The translations under genes and the position numbers were made by a program. 64,000 nucleotides of DNA, taken from NCBI GenBank assembly GCA_030390025.1, contig CM059432.1, positions 14,324,001 through 14,388,000 of the forward strand. Reading direction: 5' to 3'. The notes beneath the pieces were generated by a model. The model did not search any database. It was not told where the DNA came from and worked only from the letters and a program-made list of their open reading frames with translations. Positions 48,694 to 62,048 of the stretch are shown here, one piece after another; the first letter of the stretch is position 1; each line of letters opens with the position of its first letter. The stretch comes from Squalus acanthias (taxonomy: Eukaryota).

Positions 48694-48942
48694 TAGCATC
48701 GCCAACTCTGGTTGGATGTATTCTTGGAGGTTACATCACATGACCCCTCCCCGCCTCACCCAGTCAAACAGTCTTTTTTCCCATTCCCAATATTTCTAAA
48801 AACTAATAAACAAAAGTATATAAAAAGATAATTTTTTATTGCCACTGTGATTTTTCTCCCGGGGTTGCTTGCAGCAGTGCCCTGGAGATTAAACTCCAAT
48901 TCCTGGAGACTCCAGGGCAATCCTGGAGATTTGGCAATCCGA
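48694..48942. mobile_element. hAT (Blackjack-like) MITE inserted in a Deu-domain SINE (about 48470-49010)
   Basis: Degenerate TAGGGTTGCCAA-type TIRs (tagcatcgccaac / ttggcaatccga), 8-bp TSD gcttaaat / ggttaagt (6/8), internal tcctggaga repeats. Confidence 0.65.
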
Positions 48943-50647
48943 GGTTAAGTCTTGGCGTGGGACTTGAACCTACAACCTTATGAGCCAGAGGTAAAAGTGC
49001 TACCACTATAAACAAAGCAGTGCTACTTATGGCTGCTGACGAAGCAATGGCGTCTGATGGCAGTAGAGATTCTTACTTTTACTGAATGAAGTAGCTGCAA
49101 ATATTGACGCATTCCTGGGGACCCCTTGTGCTAACTGCTGAAAACATTGCCATCTTTGCAGAAAATGTTTCTCTTTATCTGTACACAGCAACAGTAAAAA
49201 CGCACTATTAAGTCGACAAGTGCGGAGATGAGGTGAGACAGACAGGACGCGACTGATGATGTCATGGGCCCCCTTTGCGATTCTCTCGCAGACCCCAGTT
49301 TGAAAACCAATGGCGTACACGCTACTCTATACCCCGGGTCCCAAATGTGTCTAATGATGCAGTTAGAACGGCTCGTAAACAATGGGGAGCAGTGAGTCAG
49401 AGCAACCGCTGCCAAGCCAGGGAATTCAGCCAGCTAGCCCGAATCTCCCGTGGGTTCAATAGAATCATGCTTCCTTTGCCTGGATCCAATTTGTTAATAG
49501 GTTAAAACTATTTGGCTGGAGGAAAAGGAGGTTGCACAGCCACCTTGAATAAATAAATTAGTAATTCTGACAGGGACCCCCTCACCTCACGATTTTCCAG
49601 TGCTGCTCTCCTCATGCCCAGAATACACGGTGAGCTGTGCCCAAGTCGTCGATACCCTCAGCATCAAGTACATCAAAGCCACCACAAGCTTCATAATAAC
49701 AATCAGAAGCAAAGTTGTAGCTTTAAAATATGATAGTTGAATGAAAAGCAGAGCAATAGGAATTTTTAAAGAAATCCAAAGTTACAAGCTGGTTGTGGGC
49801 TGTGTCAGGTGATTCTACACTGACTGTTAAAGGCCCCGATTTTAACTCCAGGTGGAATCCCCGCTCAGGCCTGAGTTAAAGTTACAGTCGGGTCTCAATG
49901 ATGTCATCGGGCCGCAACATGCATATGTAAAGAAGGACCCTGTTGGCTCCGGGCGCGTGTCCTTGCTGCCTGCTCAGGAGAGCGGGTTAAAATTGCAGAT
50001 GTTTTCGGACAGGTGAGAGCCAGGGCGATTTTAACCGCCCACCCGCCAGGTTTCTGCTGAGCGAGTCGGGTTAAAATCGCCGTTTGTAGCCATTCCAAGT
50101 GGGAAATAGTTTCAGGGGAAATAATGCAGCCTATCCACAGGTCAATGTTCAGCAATATTTTTCACTTATGGCGGTTAAAAATCAGTTTCTCTCCCCCCCT
50201 GGCTCTCCTGTGTACTGCAATGTTAGAATGGAGTATCAGCTTAATTCTACAGCTGAATTTGTTATTTTCTCAGGACCCATAAGGAAGCTGTAGGCTCGGT
50301 CGTATAGCATGGAGACTGGACAGGACATTTCCCCCTCGGTAGTTGGAAGCACACCTTCAGGGGCATAAACCTGAAGTAAAATTGCATTTGGTTGAGCTGC
50401 TGCCATGGACAATATGGCTTGAGCACAAGATGAAACATCCCTGGGGGTAGGGGCCCATCTATTAGTTGATCATTGTAAAAAGGCTTACGTTCTGCCTATA
50501 GCCTTGTCAGTATAGGCTGATGGAATGGGAGGATCTCACATCAATTGGTAAACCCTTCACTTTGCATATTATCTACTGAAATTCTGTATACAGGTACACT
50601 GCATGTTGAAATAAAGTGTGGATTACAAGGACAAATTCGAGCCCACG

Positions 50648-50801
50648 GGGGCAATGTTAACCTAACTTACTGGGTGGGAAACCCTCGAGATCGGATAGAA
50701 TGTTGGCTTTACACCCGGGTAAAATCGGTTGGGGAGTAATAGCAGCGTTGCACCCGATCTCGACAGTTTCCCCGACGGGCGGTTCAGGTTAAAATTGCCC
50801 C
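50648..50801. mobile_element. Short palindromic MITE
   Basis: TIRs ggggcaatgttaacct / aggttaaaattgcccc and an internal inverted cgagatcgg / ccgatctcg. Confidence 0.7.
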
Positions 50802-51289
50802 TCGCATGTGCAAATAGTGTTTGCGTTCAGGTGCATTCAGCAGCTGGTGCAATTTTGTTTCTCCAAAGCGAGGAATGGCCATTTGGAGGTACCCAAAGTG
50901 CGTCTGGCGCCCTTAGAATCAGCAAGAACGTAGCGACTGCAGGAGAGGAGGGGAGAAAAGGTTGAACGTTATCATTAGCTTTCCTGCTTGCCGTGACTCG
51001 AGCAGTTTTACTTGTCCTCTGCAACTCTGACAAAATTGCTGCCGCAGCGCAGGAAAGCACTGGGTATCACAGACGCTCGGACAGACTGGAACGAATCAGA
51101 CAATGGGAGCAGAATGAAAGCAAGGTGTGGACAAGGACAAGCAAAGTCGGGAGAAGGTCTGTGAGAGGAATTGCTGAAGGTAGGAGTGAGACCTACTTAA
51201 ACAGTTACAGGGAAATTAAAACTGAGAGAAACTATTTAAAAAAAAAATTGAGACAAAGAGACAAGGCCTGTCGTGCAGGATATAGGATT

Positions 51290-51870
51290 CAACAATTAAA
51301 AACTCTCATTAAGAATGAGGAGGGGGTTCAGGAGAAATTTCTTTCTGCAGAGTGTTGTTGGAGCTGAGACCATTGCATTTGTTAAGGGAAAATTGGATAA
51401 ATATTTAAAGTAGAGAAAATGTGAGGTTATGGGGAAAATGCAGAGCAGTGGGGTTAGTTTATGGATTGCTCTAGCAAAGAGCAGGCTCTTGAAATGTATA
51501 AAATTCACAGATGGCTCGACAGGGTAGATGCTGAGAGATTGTTTCCCCTGGCTGGAGAGTCTAGAACTAGTGGGCTTAGTCTCAGGATAAGGGGGCGGCC
51601 ATTTATGACTGAGATGAAGAGAAATTTCTTCACTCAGAGGGTTGTGAATCTTTGGAATTCTCTACCCCAGAGGGCTGTGGATGCTCAGTCGTTGAGTATA
51701 TTCAAGACAGAGATCGATAGATGTTTTGGGCACTGAGAGAATCAAGGGATATGGGGATCAGGCAGGAAAGTAGAGTTGATGTAGAAGTTCAGCCGTGATC
51801 TTATTGAATGGCAGAGCAGGCTCGAGGGGCTGTATGGCCTACTCCTGCTCCTACTTCTTATGTTCTTAGA
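51290..51870 (+). mobile_element. Two adjacent CR1-type 3' fragments
   Basis: LDRVDAERLFPLAGESRT..FFTQRVVNLWNSLPQRAVDA, preceded by an older CR1 tail. Confidence 0.85.
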
Positions 51871-53523
51871 CACCATGGCCAACTGGCCTCCTTCTGTGCT
51901 GTAAACCTCAATGATTCTAACAGTCAGTACTCTCAGGTGGGCAGTGGAGAAATATATTTTATTTTGAAAAGAGGACTTTCCTGTCCACCATTAAGTGAGA
52001 ATCACATTCATGGGCTCTCCCGATGGCACTGAGAATTTACCCAGTCAGCAGCTAAGCCACACAGACCAAGAAGGTCCTAGGTTCGGCCTATGCTAAGTTA
52101 TCTGACGTTCAGCAATGGCAACGGTAGAAGGGACTATAATTGGTCTTGGTGCCTCTGGGTTAGGGAGAGAAGAAAACCGAATCAACCAGGGATCCTGCTC
52201 CTAATTGCTGTCCAGTGACGCCTGGCAGTGCATCCGTGTGCAGGCCGAGTAGTGCAGGATCAAGCTTGGCTGTGATGCAACCCTTAGTTGATATTCAGTG
52301 TCGAGGCTAAGATGAGCAATTGTGATTTGTTCAGGGTACTTGGAGGACGACAGGCAGTGGTTGAAATGTACCCCGGCAAGGAATCAACTCCTTCAGGAGA
52401 GGAGGTGCAAGACCTGCCAACAGAAAGTGCTATACTTTACAACCTTCTTATCCGGATTGTGACTTATATCAATGTGCTGTTGAACTGTCTGCAATCAGTG
52501 TAGAACGAGTGCCAGCGTAATCGTTTCAACTATGAGTAAGTCACATGAGAAGCCATCAATCACAAGTTAACCCTGGGAAGTGCAAGCAAAGCAAAATGCT
52601 TTCAAGGAATCTAAAGTGACTCTACTTCAAACAACCTCAGCTAACTGTCAATCATTTGGGAGCAACACTGCCCTGCCTGGATGGTACGGGCTGAGGATAG
52701 CTTTCATGTGTTCACTATCAGCACAAACATTTACAAAACTGAGTCCCGTGACTCATATATGTTTAGAACTGAGCGACAGCACAACAACGGCCGTTGTCAT
52801 GTAAATAAACTTTGTATAGCAAGCATTTAAGGGACAGAGAGCAGTTTGGACACCAAAATAATTCATGTTCTCGCTGCTCTGACTGTCTTTTGGGCACCAA
52901 TTAAAATGGAAACGGGAGAAGGAAACCAATCTATCACACTGGGGTGGAGGCAATCGCCCTTCATCCTGTGCTAATAAACTGTGGCCTACAGGAATGAGAA
53001 ATTCTATTCATTCATCCATTATAACCTGTTAAGTCAAGCACGACAGTTACAAACAAAGCTGCTACCCAAAGGACTGCAGATGACCTTTAACAAGGCAATG
53101 CTGCTCTGTCATGAGGACATGGTCCTCCAATACTGTATCTTCTTACAACTTCATGACCTTTAGTAAGAAAAGACCATTGGACTCAACGGCCTCGATATTA
53201 ACCCCCACCCACACCCGCCTCCCCTATGATGGGCGCATCACTAACCCGCCGCACAGGCACCCGTTGCCGTTTTTACGGCGGCGGATATCGTGCCATCCGA
53301 GTGTCCCGTCATGGAGAGGCGGGGCGCCTTGTTAACATATTTAAATCTGGCTCCCACAGTGCAATTGGGAGCCCAATTTAAAATTCACTGCTGCTGCGTG
53401 AGTTTCCCAGGGGTCGGGAAACCCGGCAGTGAAAGGGAGGCGGGAGCTGCTGGCTCCACAAGGTAAGTGCCTTTTCCAGCACTGCTTGTGGACCAGGAGG
53501 AGCAGGATGCTCCCCTGGCCCCT

Positions 53524-54942
53524 CAACAACAACAGGTTTGTATTTCTATAGTGCCTTTAACATAGTAAAATGGCCCAAGGCACTTCACAGGAGTGTTATA
53601 AGACAAAAAATTGACACCGAGCCACATAAGAAATTAAGGCAGATGACCAAAAACTTGGTCAAAGAGGTAGGAGCGTCTTAAAGGAGGAAAGCGAGGTAGA
53701 GAGGCGGAGAGGTTTAGGGAGGGAGTTGCAGAGCTTAGAGCCTAGGCAGCTGAAGGCACGGCCACCAATGGTTGAGCAATTATAATCAGGGATGCTCAAG
53801 AGGGCAGAATTAGAGGAGCGCAGATATCTCGGGGGGGTTGTGGGGCTGAAGGAGATTACAGAGATAGGGAGGGGCGAGGCCATGGAGGGATTTGAAAACA
53901 AGGATGAGAATTTTGAAATCAAGGCGTTGCTTAACCGGGAGTCAATGTAGGCCAGCGAGCACAGGGGTGATGGGTGAACGGGACTTGGTGCGAGTTAAGA
54001 CACAGGCAGCGGAGTTTTGGATGACCTCAACTTTACGTAGGGTGGAATGTGGGAGGCTAGCCAGGAGTGCATTGGAATAGTCAAGTCTAGAGGTAACAAA
54101 GGCATGGATCAGGGTTTCAACAGCAGATGAGCTGAGGCAAGGGCAGAGACGGGCGATGTTACGGAGGTGGAAATAGGCAGTCTTAGTTATGCCATGTATA
54201 TGTGGTCGGAAGCTCATTTCAGGGTCAAATATGACACCAGGGTTGCGAACAGTGTGGTTCAGCCTCAGACAGGTGTGAGGGAGAGGGATGGAGTTGGTGG
54301 CTAGGCAACGGAGTTTGTGGCGGGGCTCGAAAACAATGGCTTCGGTCTTCCCAATATTTAATTGGAGAGAATTTCTGCTCATCCAGTACTTGATGTCAGA
54401 CAAGCAGTGTCAATTTAGGGACCGTGGAGGGGTCGAGAGAAGTGGTGCTGAGGTAGAGCTGGGTGTCGTCAGCGTACATGTGGAAACTGACGCCGTGTTT
54501 TCGGATGATGTCGCCAAGGGGCAACATATAGATGAGAAATAGGAGGGGGCCAAGGATAGATCCTTGGGGGACCCCAGAGGTAACGATGCGGGAGTGGGAA
54601 GAGAAGCCATTGCAGGTGATTTTCTGGCTACGATTAGATAGATAAGAATGGAACCAGGCGAGTGCAGTCCCACCCAGCTGGACGATGGTGGAGAGGCGTT
54701 GGAGAAGGATGGAGTGGTCAACCGTGTCAAAGGCTACAGACAGGTCGAGAAGGACGAGGAGGGATAGTTTACCTTTGTCACAGGCACAAAGGATGTCATT
54801 TTGTGACTTTGATGAGTGCCGTTTTGGTACTGTGGCAGGGGCGGAAACCACATTGGAGGGATTCAAACATGAAGTTCTGGGAAAGATGGGCACGGATTTG
54901 GGAGGCGACAACACGTTCAAGGACTTTGGAGACGAAAGGGCT
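53524..54942 (-). mobile_element. L2-clade LINE, 5'-truncated
   Basis: LLDLSVAFDTVDH..GVPQGSILGPLLF..YADDTQLY; highly similar reverse complement of 33326-34694. Confidence 0.93.
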
Positions 54943-55799
54943 TTGGAGAGGAGGCATGGCCGCCAAGGGTAGAGCGATTAAAATTGACTTGGAGTTGGTT
55001 AATCCATAAGTTATATATTTTATGTATTAAGGTTTTTTTCTTACTATTAATGTCCCTCAGTATTTGAACCCTCTGTTATAGTGAACAATTGCATAGATCA
55101 ACTTTGCTTGAATTTCCTTCATTATCTTCAAAATTGAAATTTGGTCACCTCAAAGTCTCTTTTTAAAAGTGAACAACCTCAATTTCCTTAAACTTTCCTC
55201 AGAATGTAGGTTCCTAATACAAAGAGTTTTATATAACTGAGTTGACTATATGATTAGCTGGCCAATATTAGCAGTCTGCCCATAATTGGATCCCCCCCTC
55301 AGTGATAATGGAAACATGCACAATCAGCACACAAACATAGTGCTTGTTTTCCAGCTCCCTTGCCTGTAGAGTTTGGCTGGTTCTGCTTTAGCCCTTTGGG
55401 CCCAGTGAGAATTGGTATTAAAAAAAATGCAGACCAGCGGGTAGATACACAAAGAGCTAAATTTGCGGCTTAATGCTGCAGCACAAATAATTTTTAAAAA
55501 GTTAGCTTCTGGATACAACTTTAAAAAAAAGTGGTGTCTCTGGATTGAATTCTTACTGTTCGCTGAGTTGGGACTGGGATTTGGGGGTGGGGATGGGAAC
55601 GTGGGGGGTGGGGGGGCATGGCGGAGTCTGACTGATAGGACAGAGATTTAGCTTCTCCTCATTTTTCCTTTAAAACGTGTGAAACTGCTTGAAATAATGC
55701 CCCGTAACACTGGTGTTAATAGAATGTCAATGGCTCAAAATATATATTTTTCAAAAAGTTTTATGCCAGTATAAAGCTGCTGATCTGAGGATCACCCTG

Positions 55800-56265
55800 G
55801 GTTGAGAGGGTTGTCCTATGCTGAGAGATTGAATAGAATGGGCCTGTACTCTCTGGACTTTAGAAGAATGAGAGGTGATCTCATTGAAATATATAAGATT
55901 CTGAAGGAGATTGACAGGGTAGATGCTGAGAGATTGTTTCCCCTGGCTGGAGTGTCTAGAACTAGGGGGCATAGTCTCAGGATCAGGGGTCGGCCATTTT
56001 AGACTGAGATGAGGAGGAATTTCTTCACTCAGAGGGTTGTGACTCTTTGGAATTCTCTGCCCCAGAGGGCTGTGGAGGCTCAGTCGTTGGGAATATTCAA
56101 GGCTGAGATAGTTAGATTTTTGGACTCTAGGGGAATCAAGGGATATGGGGATCAGGCAGGAAAGTGGAGTTGAAGTCGAAGATGGGCCATGATCTTATTG
56201 AACGGCGGAGCAGGCTCGAAGGGCAGTATGGCCGACTCCTGCTCCTAACTATTATGTTCTTATGA
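55800..56265 (+). mobile_element. CR1-type LINE 3' fragment
   Basis: RGLSYAERLNRMGLYSLDFRRMRGDLIEIYKILK. Confidence 0.92.
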
Positions 56266-56914
56266 TCTGACTCCATAGTGGTATTTACGGCAGTCCCTGT
56301 GACTTCACACAGCAACCCATACACAGCGTTTCATAAAAAGCCTAAATATTCAGCGAGTGAAGATGGTTCTACCTTTCTCCACAGGAAGATGAGTGGGCAC
56401 CCTTGGCACCTGCTTCAATCACCATTAACCAAATCCACTGCGCTCTATACGCCTTAATGAACTATAATGGGAACATTAGTGGTGAAGGGTAATGACTGAC
56501 AGCCAGCAGGCACCGGCTGATAAGACCCGACTGTCATTGCTCATGTTTCCAAAGTGACGCACGACATGTTATAAGGTTAGGCTCTGATGATAAATCCACA
56601 GAGAAACTAAATGACAAGATGCGATTGCTGACAAAAGCTGTCCTCTTTTTCGATGCCTATATTCAACTTTCTCGTGATTGAACACCAACATACAGTGCCA
56701 TCTGCTCCCCCCCCCCCCCCCCCCCCCTCCCAGGTGACGAGGCATTAGTTCCAGTCCTAGGTTTGCCATCACTCGACATGTTCATCACTGCTTGCAAAAG
56801 AATTCTCACCCAGTTTGCTAAATAATCTGTTTTGCTGGTACAGGATGCTCCATGTTGGGTTTATGGGAAACATTAACACAGCAGTATATGCCTGTCATGA
56901 TTATGCTTCTTATT

Positions 56915-57226
56915 ATATAGTATTTACAGCACAGAAACAGGCCATTCGACCCAATAGGTCCACGCCCGTGTTTATGCTCCGCACGAGCCTCCTTCCACCC
57001 TTCCTCATCTAACCCCATCAACATATCCTTCTATTCCTTTCTCCCTCACGTGTTTATCTAGCTTCCCCTTAAATGTATCTATGCTGGTCGCCTCAACTAC
57101 TCCTTGTGGTACCACTCTCTGGGTAAAGAAGTTTCTCCTGAATTCCCTATTGGATTTATTAGTGACTATCTTATATTTATGGCCCCTAGTTCTGGTCTCA
57201 CCCACAAGTGGAAACATCTTCTCTAC
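56915..57226 (-). mobile_element. CR1-type LINE 3' fragment
   Basis: EKMFPLVGETRTRGHKYKIVTNKSNREFRRNFFTQRVV. Confidence 0.9.
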
Positions 57227-57894
57227 ATGGTGGGGAGCTTTGGAAACCATAGGTCCAATGTCACCTGTTCCTCCCAGGCCTGCCACACTTACCACATGTC
57301 ACATCTCAAATTACTCATATACTATATCCCAAATAGGATAATCAACTCTGTGCCTTCCCACTTTGTGGAAACGTCTCAAAGAGCAATGAATTACTTTTAG
57401 AGTGCAATCATCGGGAGACTTTAGGAACAGCATAATAATATGAAAGAAATTTGGCCTGAGCACAACAAGTAGGGGACCTAACCACTGAAAGATGGCTCAG
57501 ACGGTTTGGACATATAAAAAGAATGAATGAAGACAAATTGCTGAAGACTGTTAGCACTCTTAGGTAAGAGGATCAGGGGAGATCATGGAACCGCTAGTTA
57601 GATTATGCTAACAATGATGCTCAAGCTAAGCATTTTAATTTTAAGGAAGCAGCACACTTCTCATTTTACAGAAAGGGGCTGGTATAGTTTTATTCATTTA
57701 ATAGCTGTCCGCTGGTCTGATAATGAAAGTTACGCAGACTCATCAACTGGTTCTTTTTGAAGAGCGATGTAAAAATTCTAACTAACTTAAGTGGCAGAGA
57801 ATGGGAGGGGAATAGTGTGCGTGTGGGGAGGCTTGAGAGGGCGAAAGGATAAAATACAGCAGAAGATGACCCACAGCGATATGGTGACACACAC

Positions 57895-58071
57895 CTGCTT
57901 CTGGTGTTGAAGTAACTCTTTTGTTTGTAGCTGCGGTCTATGGTCATCACTCTCGGCAGAGGAAAGCTGGGAGTACTCAGACAGCACGCACCCACTGTCC
58001 TCTTGGTCAGGGTCCAGCTCTTTCTGATCAAGAAGCAGGTTAAATTCAGGCAGGTTTTCAATCTGTTCAAA
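57895..58071 (-). CDS. MTCL1: MTCL1 coding exon, 177 nt, phase 0-0
   Basis: Acceptor TGTGTTTTCAG|TTT, donor CAG|GTGTGT. Open frame FEQIENLPEFNLLLDQKELDPDQEDSGC...QLQTKELLQHQKQ. Position and ending (..HQKQ vs recalled human ..PHKQ) fit the poorly conserved linker exon. Confidence 0.85.
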
Positions 58072-60613
58072 CTGAAAACACATTGTTGCGTGTTAAACAA
58101 GCTGTTGAAATTTTAACCATGGAAGCTTACATTCGATAGAGCTGGAATAAACATTAATTCCTCTCAAACATTCCCTCAGTGACACAGCTTTTTTTTTAAC
58201 GTAAAATATCTTTGAACATTTGTGGTGATCTCACTGAAAGCCAACATCTTCCTCCCCGAAACGTTGACCCTGTTGCTCTCTCCACAGATGCTGCCTGACC
58301 TGCTGAGTGTTTCCAGCATTTTCTGTTGTTATTTCAGATTTCCAGCATCCGCAGTATTTTGCTCTTGTGTCCTTCTGTTCAGTGGTCTGGTGCTTGCTGC
58401 AAGTCAGTCAAGTGTCTGGCTCTAGTGGCTCAAAACAAATGGTGATGTAAACTGGCTACACAAGAGCTGGCGAACTTTCACAGGATCATTCGGCCCATCT
58501 TATTCTCATGCCTCCAGAATACCAACCTTACAGTCTTCCCAGTTTAGCATTTGGCTGTTTGTTAAATGAACTACTTTGTCCTGGCCACCCTGGTGATTTC
58601 AACCAGCTTTCGTAGCCTCATAATGTCCCGAAACCCCAGTCCAGTGTTAACAGTGAATCTTATCACTAGACGATTGCTCTCGACTGATTGTCACGAGCAC
58701 CCTATGTCATTCACTTATCCAGCTGCAAGCATAAGTGTAAATGCTGTAGACCGTAAAAACAAGTTATTATAACACCTGTATTTTAACACATCAGCTGTCA
58801 GAAATAAACAGCTGGATTATGCCCCTTCCTCATTGAGAAACATTTACAACTGTGCTTTTCTCTTGCCTTCCTCCTAAGCACCATATATGTTGCCCAGCGC
58901 GCTCTTCCTCCTCCCTGCAACCTCAGTGTGTCGAAATCAAGGGGCTAATTCACCCGAGTACACGCTGGTGGCTGGGAACCTTTCCCCACCAGCAGTGTCA
59001 ATCGGAAAATGGCGGGCAGTGCACCCGCTGACAGTGGGCGAGGTTCCCTGGCACCAGCGGGTATTTGGGAAACTGGCCCCTTTGATTTTAACACAGAGAG
59101 GTTGCGGCGGGGAAGGGGGACGTACTGGGGAAGTTTGAATGACCAGAAAAGCCTGGGCAGTGTGCCCGCGATTGTCCGCTACATGTTGCCAGCGGGTAAG
59201 GTTCTCCACCGCCAGCACTTTCTCAAGAAGTTACTCCCTGGGACTCAGTGCCTTGGGGGGTCAAATTGGGCATGGGTGGAATCGATCGTATCGGCCGCCT
59301 GATATTCAGCTCCACTGACTTCAATAGCACTGACTATAGGGCGGGGCGATTGTCTCTTACCAGAGCACATTCTTCCCCAACCCTCGTAACCCGAACTCTC
59401 TCCCTCCCTCAGTATTTCCAATCCTCAACAATCTGCAGCTTTTTAAAACCCATGTTGGTCATCACCTAACCACTCTCTGCTAATTCATCTTGCCCCTTCT
59501 TGATGTCCTGTGTTGGAGCCTTGGTGTTCTGTCAGTAAAAGCAGTTCAGCTCACAACGGTCCCTTCCTGCTTATACAGCAACAGCTTCATCAAGATAAAA
59601 ACTACAAATGCTGGAAATTTGATATGAAGACATAAAATACTGAAAATACACAGCAGCTCAGTCAGCGTCTAGAATGAGCAAAGACAGGTCCTAACATTCT
59701 GGGCGTACCCTTCATTAGACGGACAGCTAAGAGGTTCACAGGTATTTTAGTATGGTTGGAAAAATAGAGAGAGAAAAAAGGGCAGAGGATGGTGTAAACG
59801 GGAAGAGAACCAACAGATGAACCAATCACAGAGAGGGAGTTCATGTGTTAAATGGCCTGCATTCTGCTAAGTAGAAAACAAGTGAAATAAAAGGTCATTA
59901 GTGAGACAATGACAACTTACAGAGAGGACTAAAGAAAGTGGAAATGGTAGGGGGGGGGTGTTGGTTGAAAAGACACAGGAGAGGTGCCACAAAAGTATGA
60001 GAAATAAAGAAACAATAAAGAAAGAGAAATAAATGAAACATTGGTCCACCAATTGCGAGAAAAGAAAAAGGACAGGTCCAGACCTAGGGCCCAGACCCCC
60101 GCCAACGCTGCGCTCTGAAGAAAAATCTCCATTCCAAATGTTAACGGCCTCCCCTCTTCTTGGACACTGACAGACCTACCCAGCCCCTTTATCAAAGGTC
60201 ACTGCTGTTTGACAAGAGAAAAACTGATTTCAAACGATCCAGTAGCAGAATTTTCAATGGAACATATCCACATTAATCATGCTGCTACATATGACCAGCA
60301 AGGTTGGTATGCACAGGAAACTGCTGATGATACCACTGCTTTAAATAAACATTTAACATGGAGGCAGCATTTGTTCATGACAACCAGATCTAGTCCACAG
60401 CACCCAAGATTCAAGTAACTCAGCGCTCCGCAATGAATTCCTTCACACCTGTGAGGAAATCTGGAGCTCTGCCTGGCTCTCTCTCCATTCTGTTTGATTT
60501 GACTGAGAATAACTTAACATGATCTCTACTTTTCATACTACACTGTTCTTAGCCTGGGGTGAAACTTGCTGTTTTTAAACACAAAATCTAAAGAAATCAG
60601 AGGGAAGCAGATT

Positions 60614-61036
60614 TGTCAACATTGGCAGAGTCTACTCAAGCAGAGTGCCGGGCTGATCGATCGCGGGCAGGAACCCGCGAAAAAAACTTCAACAGGAAAG
60701 CTAAGTTTTTTTTTACTTACCTCGGCCACCTCGCCTTTAATCATCGCCCCCGAAGCGGGCGGCCGCTCGATGCACGCCTCCTGCAGCTGTCGGTGTTTTC
60801 GACCGGCGAGGCTGCAGGGGGTGAAAGTCAATTTCGGGTCCGGGGGGCTATTGGGGGGACGCGCACGGCGATGACGTCACGATCTGCGGGCGACGGAGAT
60901 CGGGGCATAATGCCATAGCGCCGCCGCAAAACTCCTGCCGAATATGGCGGGAGTCGATGTCAGCGCCGCGCCCGGTCGCAAAGCCATTTGCGTCCCGTTA
61001 GCTAACAGGAGGCGCAAAGGCACCCAATATCTAGCT
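60614..61036. mobile_element. Partial Harbinger-type MITE (family B, right half)
   Basis: Colinear with 25815-26234 (gcagagtgccgggctgatcgatc...cgcctcctgcagctgtcggtgtt). Confidence 0.8.
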
Positions 61037-61321
61037 CGATAGTTTTAACACAAGGCATCCATTGCTGCGATAGATGTTATGATAGCTCTATCGATGTCTC
61101 TAAGCCTTGGCTCAGGTGTTAACAATCTGGCCTCTAAGTCAGAAGGTTGGGGGTGTAGTCCCGCTCCTGAGATTTGAGCAGTGCACTGTCAATTTGGGTT
61201 GCCTTAAACCAAGGCTCCGTCTACCCTCTTGTGAGAGAGGTGGTTAGTCTGGGGAGATTGTATGATGGTTATAAACTTAAGTAATGTCCTGTCGCAGGAG
61301 GAACAAGGGCAGGCTTATCCT

Positions 61322-61745
61322 GGAATCATAGAATGATACAGCACAGAAGGAGGCCATTCGGAGCATCATGCTTGTGCCAGCTCTTTGGTAGAGCTATCCA
61401 ACTAGTCCCAGTCCTCTACTCTTTCTTCATAGCCCTGAAAAAAAATTTCCCTTCAAGTATTTATCCCACTCCCTTTTGAAAGTTACCATTGAATCTGCTT
61501 CCACCACCCTTTCAGGCAGTGCATTCCAGATCACAACTCGCTGTGTAAAAAAATGTTTCCCCAGGTCGCCTCTAGTTCTTTTGCCAATTACCTTAAATGT
61601 GTGTCCTCTGGTTACCGACCCTTCTGCCACTGGAAACAGTTTCTCCTTATTTACTCTGTCAAAACTGTTCATGATTTTGAACACTTCTACTCCAGTTTCT
61701 CCAATTAACTGAAGTCCCTCATCCCTGGTACCATTCTAGTAAATC
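61322..61745 (-). mobile_element. CR1-type LINE 3' fragment
   Basis: FKIMNSFDRVNKEKLFPVAEGSVTRGHTFKV..FFTQRVVIWNALPERVVEA. Confidence 0.9.
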
Positions 61746-62048
61746 AATTGAAGGACTTGGCCTGTAATCTTATCCTTCAACTAGTGCATTAATCATACCA
61801 GGATATTATTGTTTAATTTAGGCATTGTCGTTGGGAGCAAATACCGATTAGATATGCTTGATGTAGCAGAGATACGGTACTATGTATATTTGTGCCAAAA
61901 TATAAGAATATTGGGCTGGATTTTTAAAAAAAAATGCTCATACAGTTTTTGACTATTTACCAAATCTCACTTCCAATGCAATAAACTGCGAACACTCAAG
62001 ACTGAAACAAAGCTGTGTACAGAGTTGCCGATGCAGAGTTTGGCCTAC

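Noticed and set aside
56707..56730. Poly-C/G runs (also 15743-15760, 28435-28456, 42972-42999) as functional G-quadruplexes
   Set aside because: Simple homopolymer tracts, mostly in or beside repeats, with no supporting evidence.
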